From Candidatus Spongiisociaceae bacterium (GTDB taxonomy: Bacteria > Actinomycetota > Acidimicrobiia > Spongiisociales > Spongiisociaceae): 64,000 nucleotides of DNA. A model generated the notes under the pieces. The model worked only from the letters and a program-made list of their open reading frames with translations, had not been told where the DNA came from and ran no database searches. Made by a program: the position numbers and the translations under genes. The DNA is taken from contig OZ253564.1 of assembly GCA_965262915.1 (NCBI GenBank), positions 2,176,001-2,240,000 of the forward strand, given 5' to 3'. Within the stretch, counting starts at the first letter, position 1; each line of letters opens with the position of its first letter. This document shows, piece by piece, positions 62,220 to 64,000 of the stretch.

Positions 62220-63463
62220 TCGTCGAGGTGGTGGCGGTGGGAACCGAGTTGCTGCTCGGCCAGACGGTCAACACGAACGCGGCCTACCTGGGGGAGAGGC
62301 TCGCGGAGTTGGGTCTCGATGCCCACCACCAGGTGGTGGTGGGCGACAACCACCACCGCATGGTCGACACGATCCGGACGGCGATGGACCGGGCCGATGC
62401 GGTCATCATCAGCGGCGGGCTCGGTCCCACCCAGGACGACATCACCCGCGAGGCGATCTGCGAGGCAACCGGGAGGGGCATGCTCTTCAGCGAGGAACAC
62501 GCCTCCGTACTGCGGGCCTTCTGGCGCAAGCTCGGGAGGGAGTTTCCCGAGAGCAATCTCTGCCAGGCCGAGTACCCGGAGGGTTCCGAACAGCTGCCCA
62601 ACCGGCGCGGGACCGCCCCCGGCCTGTTCCTCGACCACGGCGGGACCCTGATCTTCGCCCTTCCCGGTGTTCCGGCCGAGCTCCACCAGATGATCGATGA
62701 ACACGTGGTGCCGCGGTTGCGGGCGGCGACCGGGGCCGCCGAGGTACTGGTGAGCAGGGTGCTGCGGACCTGGGGATACGGCGAGTCGGCCGTGGCCGAC
62801 CTCCTCGACGACCTGTACCACGCCTCCTCCAATCCGTCGATGGCCTTCCTGGCCTCGGCCGGCGAGGTGAAGGTGCGCCTGTCGGCCAAGGCAGGCACGG
62901 ATGCGGAGGCACGGTCGATGATCGATCCGGTCGAACGGGAGGTGAGGCGACGCATGGGGGCCGCGGTGTTCGCCACCGACGACCAGAGCCTCGAGCAGAT
63001 CCTCCTCGAGGAACTCCGGGTCAGGAAGTGGACGATCGGGACCGCCGAATCGTTGACCTCCGGGATGCTCGCCGCCCGCCTGAGCCTGCTCCCCGGTTCG
63101 TCGGAGGTCTTCCGAGGGAGTGTCATCGCCTATGCAGCCGACCTCAAGCGGAGCATCCTCGGGGTACCCCGAGAGGTGATCGATGCCCACGGGGTGGTCA
63201 GTGCGGAGACCGCCGTGGCGATGGCCGAGGGGGCCGCTCGGGCCTTGGGGGTCGATGTGGTGGCGGCGTTGACGGGCGTGGCCGGCCCGGAGGCGCTGGA
63301 GCACCCCCCGGGTTCGGTCTTCGTAGCCGTGCGGACGCCCCTCGCCACCAGGTCCAGGTTCCTGAGGATGCCCGGCGATCGGGAGCGCGTCCGGGCCTAC
63401 ACAACCACCACCGCCCTCCAGTTGACCCGGCTGGCAGTGATCGGCGAGTGGTGGAAGGAGTGA
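62216..63463 (+). CDS. cinA: Competence/damage-inducible protein A (CinA, NMN deamidase domain)
   Basis: VGTELLLG...NTNA, GGLGPTQDD.T, GTAPG, LPGVP.E, AESLTSG, GVVS.ETA..MA.G, TGVAGP. Confidence 0.95.
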   Translation: MIVEVVAVGTELLLGQTVNTNAAYLGERLAELGLDAHHQVVVGDNHHRMVDTIRTAMDRADAVIISGGLGPTQDDITREAICEATGRGMLFSEEHASVLRAFWRKLGREFPESNLCQAEYPEGSEQLPNRRGTAPGLFLDHGGTLIFALPGVPAELHQMIDEHVVPRLRAATGAAEVLVSRVLRTWGYGESAVADLLDDLYHASSNPSMAFLASAGEVKVRLSAKAGTDAEARSMIDPVEREVRRRMGAAVFATDDQSLEQILLEELRVRKWTIGTAESLTSGMLAARLSLLPGSSEVFRGSVIAYAADLKRSILGVPREVIDAHGVVSAETAVAMAEGAARALGVDVVAALTGVAGPEALEHPPGSVFVAVRTPLATRSRFLRMPGDRERVRAYTTTTALQLTRLAVIGEWWKE

Positions 63464-64000
63464 TGCCCGGATCCGGGGATAGGTACTTCGTCGCCATTCC
63501 GCTAACGGCCGAGGCCCGGTTGGCTTTCGATGATTGGCGGGCCGGGCTGCACCTGCCGGGCCGGTTGGTCCCGCTGCAGAATCTCCATGTGACGTTGAGG
63601 TTCGTGGGTCCGGCCGGACAGGTCGAGCGGGAGAGGATCGTCGCCGCTCTCGACACGGCGGAGCTCGGCGGCTGCTTCTCCTTCCGGATCGGCGGCTTGG
63701 GCGGGTTCCCGAAGTTGTGGAAAGCCACGGTGGCCTGGGCGGCGCTCGAGGGGGATGGGGGGAAGGTTTCCGAGTTGGCAGGAGTGGTGGACGAAGCGGT
63801 GGCGTCGGCCGGGTTCGGCTACGAGGAACGACCTTTCCGGGGCCATCTCACCCTGGCCCGGATCCGTCCTCCGCGTGACCTGCGAGGGCCGGCCGCCCGA
63901 TGCCCTGCGGGGATCGACGTTCCGGTCACCGAGGTGGTCTTCTACCGGAGCCGCACGAGGGGCCGCTCCGTTGTCTACGACCCGTTGGAGCGCTTCCCGG
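63463..64000 (+). CDS. thpR: RNA 2',3'-cyclic phosphodiesterase (2H family), runs off window
   Basis: Manual translation MPGSGDRYFVAI...NLHVTLRF...FRGHLTLAR with two HxT motifs; TGATG coupling to cinA. Confidence 0.88.
   Translation, partial: MPGSGDRYFVAIPLTAEARLAFDDWRAGLHLPGRLVPLQNLHVTLRFVGPAGQVERERIVAALDTAELGGCFSFRIGGLGGFPKLWKATVAWAALEGDGGKVSELAGVVDEAVASAGFGYEERPFRGHLTLARIRPPRDLRGPAARCPAGIDVPVTEVVFYRSRTRGRSVVYDPLERFP

Overview
High-GC actinobacterial DNA. Gene content (Cys-paired SLH-like surface modules, MDMPI, mycobacterial-type lhr-nei and MazEF5-like pairs) suggests Acidimicrobiia; this is an inference. The left ~46 kb is an accessory mosaic: amine/amino-acid catabolic genes (two GS-like ligases, a class-III aminotransferase, a dehydratase, an aspartate-dehydrogenase-like gene, PhyH, GcvT-like genes, a sarcosine-oxidase-like operon), three intact type II TA pairs plus a decayed mazEF, a DUF222-HNH gene carrying a perfect SOS box, a doubly broken ATP-grasp/alpha-E/transglutaminase operon, and lhr-nei. 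The right ~18 kb is the core M16 peptidase-dapB-dapA-rnj-ftsK...rimO-cinA-thpR backbone, interrupted by an orphan E2, an archaeal-type GAPDH-like gene, an SLH-VanW gene and a frameshifted IS1380. Best leads: (1) a coupled HExxH-vWA / MoxR-like AAA+ / Ppx operon whose ATPase has a reciprocal Walker A/Walker B swap (GKD / LSE); (2) an ABC-type ATPase (DUF3696-like) + PIN-like two-gene candidate defence module; (3) a ~100-bp palindromic MITE family, one copy read in frame inside a secreted protein; (4) strand-polarised 7-bp periodic arrays at gene ends; (5) mobile-element ends abutting the -10 boxes of apparently leaderless genes. No rRNA, tRNA or CRISPR array was recognised. All family calls are by motif recognition; no database search was run.
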